From the NCBI GenBank assembly GCA_963846175.1, contig CAWJUX010000002.1:20-64019 (forward strand): a stretch of 64,000 bases of DNA, read 5' to 3'. Made by a program: the position numbers and the translations under genes. The notes beneath the pieces are model-generated. The model saw only the letters and a list, made by a program, of their open reading frames with translations, did not search any database and was not told where the DNA came from. Positions 27,767-36,715 of this stretch are shown here, in pieces. Source of the DNA: Bryobacterales bacterium (lineage in GTDB: Bacteria > Acidobacteriota > Terriglobia > Bryobacterales > Bryobacteraceae). Every line of letters begins with the position of its first letter. Within the stretch, counting starts at the first letter, position 1.

Positions 27767-28042
27767 ATGACGGAAGCAAGCGGCAGCGGAAGAATGGACC
27801 GTATCAAAGCGGCATTAGGCCGTCTTGAGGCTGCTCAAGAACGGGATCACGAAGGATTCACTCGAGACCACCAGCAAATCATGACTTGGCAGGTCCTGAT
27901 GCAAGGCAAAATGGACCCCTCCCGGGAAGACTCCGAACGCGAACGCAAGCGTCTAGATCAGCTCTGGGCAAACACGGACAAACGCATCGCTGATTTGGTT
28001 CTCGCCATCGGCCAACTAGTCCGAAAAGACTCAGCCGCTTAA
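27767..28042 (+). CDS. small charged coiled-coil-like hypothetical protein
   Basis: 91-aa ORF directly downstream of lpxA. No recognisable motif. Confidence 0.35.
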   Translation: MTEASGSGRMDRIKAALGRLEAAQERDHEGFTRDHQQIMTWQVLMQGKMDPSREDSERERKRLDQLWANTDKRIADLVLAIGQLVRKDSAA

Positions 28043-28055
28043 ACAGCGGCCAATT

Positions 28056-29393
28056 CTAGCGGCTAATCATAACCTGGGCTTTGGCCTCTATCGGCACCAC
28101 CGCACTCCGCCCGCGGTAAAAGCGAACATACAAATACCGCACAGCATAAATCGAACAACCAATCGCCACCGCCAGCACCGCATTCACCACCAGCACCGCC
28201 ATCGCTGTGCTCAAAAATGCAGCTGCATCCACCTTGCGCATCCGGCCAAGCCTTCGCCAGGTGCTCCACTCCAAAAGGCAGATCCCGATGTAGGCCGTAA
28301 CGCCGGCCAGCGCTGGAATCGGAACATGCGCTATGAAATCCGCACCCAGCGCCAGGAAGCCGAAGATAAAAAGCGCATGAAAAATATTCGACAGCCGCGT
28401 CGTGCCCCCGCAGCGCACGCTAGCCAGGCTGCGCGCCGGTATCCCAACGCTCATCGGCGCGGCGAACATCCCCGCAAAGATATTCGCAATGCCGTAAGCT
28501 CCCAACTCGGTGTCCGCGTCCCCCGGCTTCAAATGCTTGTGCCGTCCCCGAAAATGCTCCACCACACGCGACGTAATCAGAATATTGACTGATGAAACAA
28601 ACGCCAGCCCGAAAGCTTCCGGAATCACGCTGAGCACATCCGCCGGCGACCACAGAAAGCCCGCAAAGGCCGGAATCTCAAGTGGCAGTTTGCCCACTTC
28701 CCGTTGATGCAAACTGAACGCCAGCGCCACACCGACTGACGCCAGAACTCCAATCAGGGGAGCGGGTGCGCGTGGCGCGAAATAGGCTGTTGCAAATGAC
28801 GCCGCCACCACCACGCCGCTGATGATCACGGCGCTCCACTGCGTTTGTGAAATATGCGATAGCACCTGCCAGCTCTGATACAGCATGTTGTTGGAGGTGC
28901 GGTCCACCACCGCCCTCACGCCCAACATCACGCCCAGTTGGGACAGCACCATCATGGCCCCAATGCCGCACGAAAAGCCCGTCACCACTGGCTGCGGCAC
29001 TTTCTGGATATGCCGCCCCAACCGGAGCACACAAAAGACCAACATGAATACCGAAGCGACAATGCACACCTTGGCCGCGCCGCCGATTCCTTGTTTCGCA
29101 ACCGCCTTGGCAATAAAAGGAACTGTGGCGCTGGCCGTCCCGCCAATCAGAACCGGATTGCGCCCCAGCAGTGCGGTAATTGGCGCGGTGGCCACGGAAG
29201 TCACCAACCCTAGCACCGGCGGCAAACCCATCATGTTCGCCATGGCCAGTCCATACGGCAGCGCTATCAGCGCGGCAATGGCGCCGCCGGCTATGTCACC
29301 AGCCAGGCGCGCCCAGCTATACCGAATTCGGGGAAGGTTCAAATTTATACCTGGATGAAAAGTAAGAACCGAACCAATAGGAAAAGGGGGCAA
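28056..29393 (-). CDS. SulP-family anion transporter (no STAS domain visible)
   Basis: RIRYSWARLAGDIAGGAIAALIALPYGLAMANMMGLPPVLGL is the conserved SulP N-terminal region, and the protein is polytopic. The start is uncertain: TTG 29393 lies inside the upstream terminator hairpin, and an in-frame TTG about 20 codons downstream is possible. Confidence 0.75.
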   Translation of the reverse strand: MPPFPIGSVLTFHPGINLNLPRIRYSWARLAGDIAGGAIAALIALPYGLAMANMMGLPPVLGLVTSVATAPITALLGRNPVLIGGTASATVPFIAKAVAKQGIGGAAKVCIVASVFMLVFCVLRLGRHIQKVPQPVVTGFSCGIGAMMVLSQLGVMLGVRAVVDRTSNNMLYQSWQVLSHISQTQWSAVIISGVVVAASFATAYFAPRAPAPLIGVLASVGVALAFSLHQREVGKLPLEIPAFAGFLWSPADVLSVIPEAFGLAFVSSVNILITSRVVEHFRGRHKHLKPGDADTELGAYGIANIFAGMFAAPMSVGIPARSLASVRCGGTTRLSNIFHALFIFGFLALGADFIAHVPIPALAGVTAYIGICLLEWSTWRRLGRMRKVDAAAFLSTAMAVLVVNAVLAVAIGCSIYAVRYLYVRFYRGRSAVVPIEAKAQVMISR

Positions 29394-29409
29394 ACCGGAA
29401 CCTGCCCCC
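29382..29409 (-). terminator. rho-independent-type terminator hairpin downstream of the aminotransferase gene
   Basis: The minus strand reads GGGGGCA-GGTTCCGGTT-TGCCCCC followed by TTTTCCTATT. Confidence 0.55.
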
Positions 29410-29435
29410 TCAAATCAGACAAACAGGAAAGCTAA

Positions 29436-30611
29436 CTACGCGTAAACTTTGTCGAACGCCTTTTTGAAGGCTGCCATGTCTTCCTTGGTGCCCACCGTCA
29501 CTCGCACCCAGGTCGGCCATACCGGCCACACTCGGCCGATATAGACCTTGTTCGCCGCCATCTTGTTGTAGAACTCGTGCGCATCGCCCTTGGTGTTCAG
29601 CATGAAGCAATTGCTCTGCGAAGGAATGAATTCCACGTTCTTCGCAGTCAAATAGCTGAACGTATCTTCCCTCACATCGCCCATGTATTTGCGGCGCTCG
29701 GCCACCAGCGTCTTAACTTTCAGACTGGTGTTCGCGCCCACCATGGCGGTAATCGGCATCGCGCCCGCGCTATACGGCCGCATTTTCGCCAGCAGGTCAG
29801 GCCGCGCAAACGCCGCGCCTGCGCGCAAGCCGGCCATCCCATAAAGCTTTGAGAAAGTCCGCAGCACAATCACGTCTTTATCGGCCGCAACCATATCTAC
29901 GCACTTCACCGCATCCTTTGAGATGTGAATGTATGCCTCATCCACCATCACAACTGAACCGGCCGGCTTGTTCGCCACCAGCCATTCGATGTCGGCCCGG
30001 CTGGTCAGCGTCCCGGTTGGGTTATTGGGATTGCAGATATAAAACAAACCTGGTGTTGGGCCGGCCGCTTCCACCATAGCCTTTACATCGTGATCCCAAG
30101 AGCCCTTGCGCAGCGGCACCATCACCGCCTTGGCCCCAATGTACTTCGCCGCGCGGCCGCCCTGCTCATAGCCGGGGTCGCCCGCTACAAACGGCTTGTC
30201 CTTCGAACAGAAAGCCACCACCGCCTGCTGCAGCGGGGCGCTCGAACCCGCGAAAATCTCAACATAGCTGTCGCTGCCGAAGCCGCTGCCGACCTTCAGC
30301 CCTTCCTGCTCTCCCAAAGTGGTGGCCAGCTCCATGGTGTCTTCATACATGTAGCGTCCGCCCTTTTTGACCACGCTGTAAATAGCCTCGGCGGCTTCCG
30401 GACAGGGACCCAGCGGATTCTCATTGGCATTGATCTTTACCGCGTCCGGCGGCATGTTTTTTACCATGGAGAGCTGCGCCATCGCCGGTTCATTGAAGAG
30501 CGGAAGGGTAGCGCCCGCCGTAATCAGGCTGGCAATTTTTCCAAAGCTGCGGCGTGAATAGCCTCGCTTAATCAAGTCGGATTGATGGTCCGCTGTAAGT
30601 ACTGTAGACAT
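29436..30611 (-). CDS. class I/II PLP-dependent aminotransferase (HisC-like) with a twin-arginine signal peptide
   Basis: N-terminus YSRRSFGKIASLITAGATLPLFNEPAMA (Tat-like). NENPLGP and TFSKLYGMAGLRAG (PLP lysine) motifs. Confidence 0.85.
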   Translation of the reverse strand: MSTVLTADHQSDLIKRGYSRRSFGKIASLITAGATLPLFNEPAMAQLSMVKNMPPDAVKINANENPLGPCPEAAEAIYSVVKKGGRYMYEDTMELATTLGEQEGLKVGSGFGSDSYVEIFAGSSAPLQQAVVAFCSKDKPFVAGDPGYEQGGRAAKYIGAKAVMVPLRKGSWDHDVKAMVEAAGPTPGLFYICNPNNPTGTLTSRADIEWLVANKPAGSVVMVDEAYIHISKDAVKCVDMVAADKDVIVLRTFSKLYGMAGLRAGAAFARPDLLAKMRPYSAGAMPITAMVGANTSLKVKTLVAERRKYMGDVREDTFSYLTAKNVEFIPSQSNCFMLNTKGDAHEFYNKMAANKVYIGRVWPVWPTWVRVTVGTKEDMAAFKKAFDKVYA

Positions 30612-30686
30612 CTTCTCTCCTGTTTCTTAAACCTCTGAATCCGTGGAAATGAGGCTGACGTGGCCCCCAGTAATGCTTGCTCCCTC

Positions 30687-33600
30687 TTAGAACGAGAAGC
30701 GTAGTGCCAATTGCAACTGCCGGGCGAAATTGGACTGCGTGTTGATTTGCCCAAAAGTGCCGCTGGAAAAATTCGTGTTAGGTGAAGCGAACAAGGGTGA
30801 GTTGAACGCATTAAGACTCTCAAACCGGAATTGGGCGCGAAAACGTTCCTTTATAGAATACGTCTTGAAGAGGGACATGTCCCAATTCTTCTGCCCCGGG
30901 CCTAGCAGCGGGAGCGTGCGCCCCACGTTTCCGAAACTCGCTGCCGGCGCCAAGGAAAACGCAGCCGGATTGATGTAATTGTAGATTCTGGATTCAACAC
31001 TGCCCGAAGTTCCCGGGTCGGTTCCCGTTGCATTCGGGCGCTGTGTAGCGTAGCCGTATTCTGAATTGTTGTTGGTTTGGTAGACCTGTAGCGGGAATCC
31101 CGTCTGGTAAACGGACACCGCATTAATCGTCCATCCGCCCACAACCAAATCCAGAATTGTGCTGCTATTTGCAAACTGGTGGCCCTTTCCGAAAGGTAAG
31201 TCGTAACTCACCGAAGTAGCCCAGCGCAGCGGCGTGTCGATGTTTGCCAGGCTGTACTCGGCCGCCAGATTGTAGGGGTTCTGGGGACCGCCTTGGGCGC
31301 CTCCATTCAGCGCATTTCCAGGACCGGCGCTACTCTCGTCCATATTCTTTGACCACGTCAAGGTGCTCAGGAAGGTCAGCCCTTTGCTCAACCGCTTTTG
31401 CGCTTTGATCACGCCTGAGTTGTAACTGGCATGATTCTTGCTGCTGAAGATTAGGTTGATCTGCTGATAGGTGGAGTACGGCAAGAGCAGCTGGTAAGCC
31501 GGAACAGTCGCGCCGCCCAAAGTGCCTGAAGACACCAGGCCAGCATAGGGATTGGCCACTGAAGCATTCAAACCCGTGGCGCCCAGTGAGAAATAAGATG
31601 GGTTCAAAGCGTTGATGTTGATGTTGCCCGTTCCCAACGTCAGATCCGTTGTGTGCGACCCTACATAGCCCACTTCAAGCGCCACGCCCAGCGGCAGTTC
31701 GCGCTGGATATCCACCGAGTACTGCTGCACCCTGGTCGATTGCGCATTGGGGTCCACCAGTGAGAATGATTGTCCCAGCCCCGCCGCTGTACCCAAACTG
31801 TTGCCGGTCGGCTGAATCAGTGCGCTGGGGAACGGGTTGGTCAACGTGGGAACCACCTGACCGGCTGAGTTCACGCTGCCCGTGTAACTGGTGGTGGCCG
31901 AATAGCCGAGCGTATTGATGGGCGCGCCTAGAGCAATTTGCGGCGCATAGAAGATTCCATATCCGCCGCGCAGAATGGTCTTCGAATTCAGCTGGTAAGC
32001 AATACCTAGGCGCGGCGCGAACTTGTTCTTGCCGTAATCCCCCACGTGCGTCGGAGCGCCATTCAAACCCGCGTACTCCACTGCTCCTTTCGGCGAAATG
32101 CCCGTCACCTGGTTTGCCAGAACGTTCGCCACAGTGGTGTTGAAGCCGGTAATCAGCGCGTTATGTACTTCCTGTACGCCGTCTTCTCGCTCCCACCGCA
32201 AACCGAAATTTAGAGTCGTTTTGGAGTTTAGCCGGAAATCGTCCTGCGCGAAAAGTCCGTAGTAGTTGATCGTGTCACTGAAGTGGCTGTCCGTGTCGGC
32301 TTGGCGGCCGTAGGCGTAACCAGTCAACAAATCTCCCAGGTCCACCCCTGTGTAGCTGTTGCCCGCCGCTTTCGCCGTTCCATAATTCGGATCCGAATTA
32401 AATGTGTAAGAACCGGTCGGATAATTTTGGCTGAATCCAGCGGTTCCCAGCTTGCGGAAGTCGAAGCCGGCCTTCAGGCTATGTTTACCGATGTATTTAT
32501 CACCGGCCACCGAAAAGTTGTATGAATACTCGTCATAGTAGGAATTGTCCCCGGAATCGCCCAGCGAATAAAAGGTACTCATATTCACCGCTGGAAACTC
32601 CGCCAGCGCCGGCGAAATGGAGTTTGCAAATGCGGGGCTGAACCCCAGCGATCCAATGTTGAAGCCCTGCGAACTGTTGTAATCGTAATTCGGAAAGCGG
32701 TTAAACCCATAGCGAACCGTCAGCACGGTGGTCGGATTGACGGTGAACATATTGTTCAACTGTGTCGCGTCCACCCGTCGCAGCAATCGCCAGCCCGATT
32801 GAGTCGCTGGGCTGTTAAACCAGGTGTCGCCCGGCTCCAGCGAGTAGTAGCGCAGGTAACTGAGGCTTGTTCTCCACCAGCTGGTAAAGTCTTCGTCAAT
32901 TTTCCCGGTATATTGAACCGCCCTGGCCTTAATAGCCGAAGACAATGTCAGATCATTTCCGCCATAAGACGTCGGCGTCGATGTGGGCAATGGATATTCG
33001 CTCGCAATAGCCAATCCCACCGGGTTCAGCATGGTCGCCGGAATGATGTTGTTCGCAAATGGTTGTCCGGTCGTCGGGTTGTAAACAGTGACTCCGGCGC
33101 CCTGAAAGTTACCAACGCGCTCAGCTGCGGTTGGCAATGCAAAATTGGAAGAGTCTGACTGCTCATCGTCGTAATGCTCAACGGCCAGCCAGAAGAACGT
33201 CTTGTTCTTGCCGTTGTACAGTTTCGGAATCCAGACTTTCCCTCCGAAACTGGCGCCCCACGTCGTGTTCGGCTGAGCGGCTATGGGAAGGCTTGCGGCG
33301 TTGCTGAAGAAGTTATTGGCATCCCAATCTGTGCGGCGCAAATGTCCGTACGCACTGCCGTGATATCCGTTCGCGCCGGAACGCATGAGCGTGTTGAACA
33401 TGCCGCCGCCGGTTCGCGCCATTTCCGCGTCGTAGGTGTTGGCCTGCACCTTCACCTCTTGCACGGCTTCCAAAGACGGAATGATAATCGCTCTGTTATT
33501 GGCGTCCGTAATTGGAATGCCGTCCAACAGATAGTTGTTGCCGCGAACCGGACCGCCCGAAATCGAGATCATGGATGAACCGCTCTGGTCTTCCATCCGG

Positions 33601-34136
33601 TTATAAGCCGGCGGTCCCACCGGAATCACGTTCTCCACAATGCGGGACATCATGAACGGGTTCCGTCCCAGGTTCGGTAAATCCGTCAACTGCTGGTTGT
33701 CCAGCACTTGCCCTTGCGATGCGTTCGAAGCCTCTACCAACGGCACCGACTCTGTCACCGTCACGCTCTGGGAGACCGCGCCCACTTCCAGCGCAATATC
33801 CACGTCCAGAAACTGTTGCGTGCCCAGCACAATATTTGTGCGTTCATACTTCTTAAAGCTGACGCTTTCGGCTGAAACTGCGTAGGTGGCCGGCACTACC
33901 GCCGAAAAATCATAGGAGCCTGAGCCGTTAGTCAGAGTAGATCGCGGTTCGCCCGTGCCGGCGTTCGTGAGGGTCACCTTCACGTTCGCAACCGGCGCTC
34001 CGGATGGATCAACCACGCTACCGCGAATACCTCCCAGGGTTGATTGGCCCCAGATGGACGCACTCAGACTGAAAAAAACAAGAGCTGAAACAACGCTTGC
34101 TCGTGCTTGAATAAACATGCAAGTCCCCTTTCGCAA
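30687..34136 (-). CDS. TonB-dependent receptor with N-terminal carboxypeptidase-regulatory-like domain
   Basis: Signal peptide. GIRGSVVDPSGAPVANVKVTLTN...GSYDFSAVVPATY. Plug-like region. A barrel of about 1000 aa ending in a terminal aromatic residue (LALRFSF). Confidence 0.9.
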   Translation of the reverse strand: MRKGTCMFIQARASVVSALVFFSLSASIWGQSTLGGIRGSVVDPSGAPVANVKVTLTNAGTGEPRSTLTNGSGSYDFSAVVPATYAVSAESVSFKKYERTNIVLGTQQFLDVDIALEVGAVSQSVTVTESVPLVEASNASQGQVLDNQQLTDLPNLGRNPFMMSRIVENVIPVGPPAYNRMEDQSGSSMISISGGPVRGNNYLLDGIPITDANNRAIIIPSLEAVQEVKVQANTYDAEMARTGGGMFNTLMRSGANGYHGSAYGHLRRTDWDANNFFSNAASLPIAAQPNTTWGASFGGKVWIPKLYNGKNKTFFWLAVEHYDDEQSDSSNFALPTAAERVGNFQGAGVTVYNPTTGQPFANNIIPATMLNPVGLAIASEYPLPTSTPTSYGGNDLTLSSAIKARAVQYTGKIDEDFTSWWRTSLSYLRYYSLEPGDTWFNSPATQSGWRLLRRVDATQLNNMFTVNPTTVLTVRYGFNRFPNYDYNSSQGFNIGSLGFSPAFANSISPALAEFPAVNMSTFYSLGDSGDNSYYDEYSYNFSVAGDKYIGKHSLKAGFDFRKLGTAGFSQNYPTGSYTFNSDPNYGTAKAAGNSYTGVDLGDLLTGYAYGRQADTDSHFSDTINYYGLFAQDDFRLNSKTTLNFGLRWEREDGVQEVHNALITGFNTTVANVLANQVTGISPKGAVEYAGLNGAPTHVGDYGKNKFAPRLGIAYQLNSKTILRGGYGIFYAPQIALGAPINTLGYSATTSYTGSVNSAGQVVPTLTNPFPSALIQPTGNSLGTAAGLGQSFSLVDPNAQSTRVQQYSVDIQRELPLGVALEVGYVGSHTTDLTLGTGNININALNPSYFSLGATGLNASVANPYAGLVSSGTLGGATVPAYQLLLPYSTYQQINLIFSSKNHASYNSGVIKAQKRLSKGLTFLSTLTWSKNMDESSAGPGNALNGGAQGGPQNPYNLAAEYSLANIDTPLRWATSVSYDLPFGKGHQFANSSTILDLVVGGWTINAVSVYQTGFPLQVYQTNNNSEYGYATQRPNATGTDPGTSGSVESRIYNYINPAAFSLAPAASFGNVGRTLPLLGPGQKNWDMSLFKTYSIKERFRAQFRFESLNAFNSPLFASPNTNFSSGTFGQINTQSNFARQLQLALRFSF

Positions 34137-34387
34137 TTGATCAAAAAGATCCCACTGTCTTGTGGCGCGTTGCAGGGCGCAGGGTTCAACAAGGAGCCGC
34201 GGTCCGGATCCGGATTTTAAATCCTCGCCTGCGGGTACAGGGTCACGACTGACAAGTCAGACACCCGGGAGGATCAGATTATTTGTGGAGTGTAACACTT
34301 TCTTAAAGGTGGAGCTAGTCTAAAAACGATAGACTAAGCCTACATTTCTTCAACATTTGCTTCAACTCTGCAGCGAGTGTTTCCTGG

Positions 34388-35023
34388 TTAACGTCCTGCT
34401 GGCAGTGACTTTTCAAGCGAGGATAAAGCCGATGGGGGCAACACAAGGTTGCCGCCCGTCAGTTCTTCCGCCGAGAGCGAGGGCTTCGTCAGACCCTTGC
34501 TGGTGTGGCTCTTCTCATTGCCCAGCATGTGGTAAACCTCGTGCGCAATAACGACCGCCAGTGCGGAGCCGTAAGCCTGCTGGCTCTTCACCGAGGCGTT
34601 GAAACCCAGGATTCTTTGCACGCAACGCCGCACCCGGTCGCATTGAACCTCGCCAAAATGTAAAACTTTACCGTCGCTCGTATAAGCGGAGGCCAGCGGC
34701 CCCAGTTCATCGGGAAAGAACGCCGTCGGCATCGGGTTCAACCGGCAGGACCCCTTCATCTTGAAAACAACCAGTTGACCGAATTGTGCGTTGTCCGGTA
34801 AATCTGCTTTGAGCTGGACATCCACCACGTAGCCGCTAGGACCCAACAACTCGCCCAAACTCGAGCGCAGTGCCGCCAGTTCATCGACGGAGGCATCGCC
34901 GTGCGGCGCTTCAAAGTCCATCAGAACGGTGAGAGGAGATCTTAAACGGGGATTGCCCGCGCTGTAAGTAACCAGCGGCGACAGCAGAAGAAGGGCGATG
35001 AGGCGGACGTTGGCTGCATTCAT
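34388..35023 (-). CDS. small secreted protein with C-terminal HExxH(x7)H motif (paralogue of 104..640)
   Basis: ATG 35023 gives the signal-like MNAANVRLIALLLLSPLVTYSAG. Motif VIAHEVYHMLGNEKSHTSKGLTK. Confidence 0.55.
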   Translation of the reverse strand: MNAANVRLIALLLLSPLVTYSAGNPRLRSPLTVLMDFEAPHGDASVDELAALRSSLGELLGPSGYVVDVQLKADLPDNAQFGQLVVFKMKGSCRLNPMPTAFFPDELGPLASAYTSDGKVLHFGEVQCDRVRRCVQRILGFNASVKSQQAYGSALAVVIAHEVYHMLGNEKSHTSKGLTKPSLSAEELTGGNLVLPPSALSSLEKSLPAGR

Positions 35024-35163
35024 GGCATTCTCGACAGAGAGATATGGCCCGATCGCGGACTGAGCGACCAATCTCAGTATATGGATGTCGCGCCGAGCTT
35101 ACAATGCGTAATATCGACGCGTACCTAAATACTCGATAGATTGAGACGAGATTCGAAACAAAT

Positions 35164-35343
35164 ATGCAGCGTGATGAGCAAGTAATCGAAGACGAGCTGA
35201 TGGAAATCAGCGCCATACAAGACGACACCATCAGGCTGGAACGCATCGTAGCTTGGTGCGCGACCTACCCCAGTGAAATTCCCATAGCCTTGCGCTTCTT
35301 CCGTATGCGGCTACATGCCGAAGGCAAAGCAAACCAGGCCTAA
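35164..35343 (+). CDS. possible 59-aa protein (below the ORF-track cutoff)
   Basis: ATG..TAA frame read by hand: MQRDEQVIEDELMEISAIQDDTIRLERIVAWCATYPSEIPIALRFFRMRLHAEGKANQA. The composition is non-repetitive and it lies in the same orientation as the next gene. Confidence 0.3.
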   Translation: MQRDEQVIEDELMEISAIQDDTIRLERIVAWCATYPSEIPIALRFFRMRLHAEGKANQA

Positions 35344-35556
35344 CTTCGCCGGTGACAAAGGAAGCAAATATCTTTGCCTCCGCAAGTCAGACAATTCACT
35401 GCCACTTACAAGCCAACCCCAAAAACGCGCACCAACTCCGTCCGCCCGCCTGTCACTCTGCAATCAACCAGGCCAACTTAAACAAAGCCCCTAGCAGAAC
35501 CGCGACCCGTGAGGGAGCGGCCTCTCCCAGCCCGCAATCCTGTCCAGGAGCACCAA

Positions 35557-36165
35557 ATGACACCCAGATCCATCCGCCGCGCCGCCGAGCGAAAAGCCAA
35601 AAAACAGGAGCTAAAAAAACTAAAACTCATGTCCCGATCAACCGGTCCAATCCCGCCCCAGGGCAAAGCCATCGCCTCCCAAAGCGCAACCAGCCTCCGT
35701 CTACTCAACAACGAATCCAAATCCGACTACCAAGCCCTGCAAAACCTCTGGTTCGAGGCCTACAACCCCCAAAACCCCTTCGAAATCGATCTCGTCCAAA
35801 AGGCAGTCCAAGCCGACTGGTTAGCCCGCCGGGCCGACCGCCACTACGCCGATCTCGAGGTCGACCTGTTCACCGCCAACCCGAACCTCATCGACTGGAC
35901 CCCGGAACAACACAAACTCCTGGCCTTGGCCGATCGCTACCGGACCGCGAATGCAAACGCCCTAACCAAAGCCCGCAAAGCCCTCGAAGACTACCGCAAA
36001 AACCGTCGAGCCGAAGCTCCCAAAGTCATCACGACAAAACCCGAACCCGACCCGGACTTCGAAGGCGAAGACGACATAGCCAAAGAACTTGAATGGATGC
36101 GCAAAGAAGCCATCCGCCTAGGCTACGCCAACCCCGACGGAACCCCCACCGGCAAAAAGGACTAA
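35557..36165 (+). CDS. hypothetical protein with basic N-terminus and STGP..GKA motif
   Basis: ATG 35557 (MTPRSIRRAAERKAKK...), then STGPIPPQGKAIASQSA and a helical C-terminal part. It resembles a widespread uncharacterised family that I recall from Acidobacteriota and Planctomycetota. The coding strand is unusually G-poor. Confidence 0.5.
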   Translation: MTPRSIRRAAERKAKKQELKKLKLMSRSTGPIPPQGKAIASQSATSLRLLNNESKSDYQALQNLWFEAYNPQNPFEIDLVQKAVQADWLARRADRHYADLEVDLFTANPNLIDWTPEQHKLLALADRYRTANANALTKARKALEDYRKNRRAEAPKVITTKPEPDPDFEGEDDIAKELEWMRKEAIRLGYANPDGTPTGKKD

Positions 36166-36715
36166 CTATCTAAGTATCTATTTCGGGGACGCTCCACACA
36201 ACCACTTAATTCGAAATCAAACCGGCTCACCCGCCAGGCCCAACCACGCTCAAAATCCGGAAAAACCGCCCCACTCACCCACCGTCCGCCACTTTTCCGA
36301 CTCCTGCCACCCCGCCCAAACAAGAATTGCCCGTCTTTCGCGCGTCCATTTCGAAATCTCCACCGGCAACCTTGCGACCCACCAGTTCGTTCGGAAAATC
36401 ACCCATCCGCGTCCATCAGCGTTGATCGGCGGCCCATCATCAGGCGAAAATGGTGCCTAGCCAAAAATGGTGCCTGCCAACGCGTTTCCACAAACCCACC
36501 CAGCGGAAAAGCACCGCCTGCTCACCCAACCGGCAGTCCGTTCCGAAATCTAAACCCGAGCCCGCCCACACCACCGCACCGCGCCAATTAAGTTTCCTCG
36601 TCCAAACCTCAGAATGCGCTCCACGTCAGTTCGTTTCGAACTTCGTTCGGAAATGTACCGGGCTGCACATCCCCGTACCTTTCCAACCCCCACTTCGTTC
36701 CGAAATCCCTATCGC
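36166..36715. repeat. non-coding, G-depleted stretch with dispersed TTCG(N)AAAT-type motif copies
   Basis: Copies: TTCGAAATC 36210..36218 and 36350..36358 (the latter within the palindrome ATTTCGAAAT). GTTCGTTCGGAAAATC 36385..36400. GTCCGTTCCGAAATC 36536..36550. A double copy at 36629..36655. CTTCGTTCCGAAATC 36693..36707. Only Pro-rich artefactual ORFs cover the region. Confidence 0.55.
36447..36478 (+). repeat. tandem direct repeat, 2 x 16 bp
   Basis: AAAATGGTGCCTAGCC followed by AAAAATGGTGCCTGCC. The identical 12-mer AAAATGGTGCCT occurs at 36447 and 36464. Confidence 0.7.

Noticed and set aside
34137-34387. Riboswitch (cobalamin or TPP) in the 250-nt leader of the TonB-dependent receptor
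   Set aside because: I saw only short palindromes (CTGACTTGTCAG, TAGTCTA..TAGACTA, GGATTTAAAATCC). I could not find a B12-box or the TPP core motifs. A covariance-model scan would be needed.
35352-36092. 246-aa ORF (+) rich in Pro/Arg/Ser/Gln, overlapping the 35557..36165 gene in another frame
   Set aside because: The low-complexity composition is what a C-rich, G-poor strand yields in any open frame. The overlapping frame gives a normal helical protein with a recognisable motif, so this ORF is treated as an artefact.
36447-36480. Possible sigma-54 promoter, because TGGTGCC/TGGCAGG-like elements occur in the tandem repeat on both strands
   Set aside because: The spacing from the GG element to a TTGC/GC element does not fit TGGCAC-N5-TTGC on either strand.
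36166-36715. CRISPR array or REP/MITE explanation for the repeated motif
   Set aside because: The repeats are only 9-16 bp, degenerate and irregularly spaced (about 40-150 bp). There is no spacer/repeat periodicity and there are no terminal inverted repeats bounding a unit.
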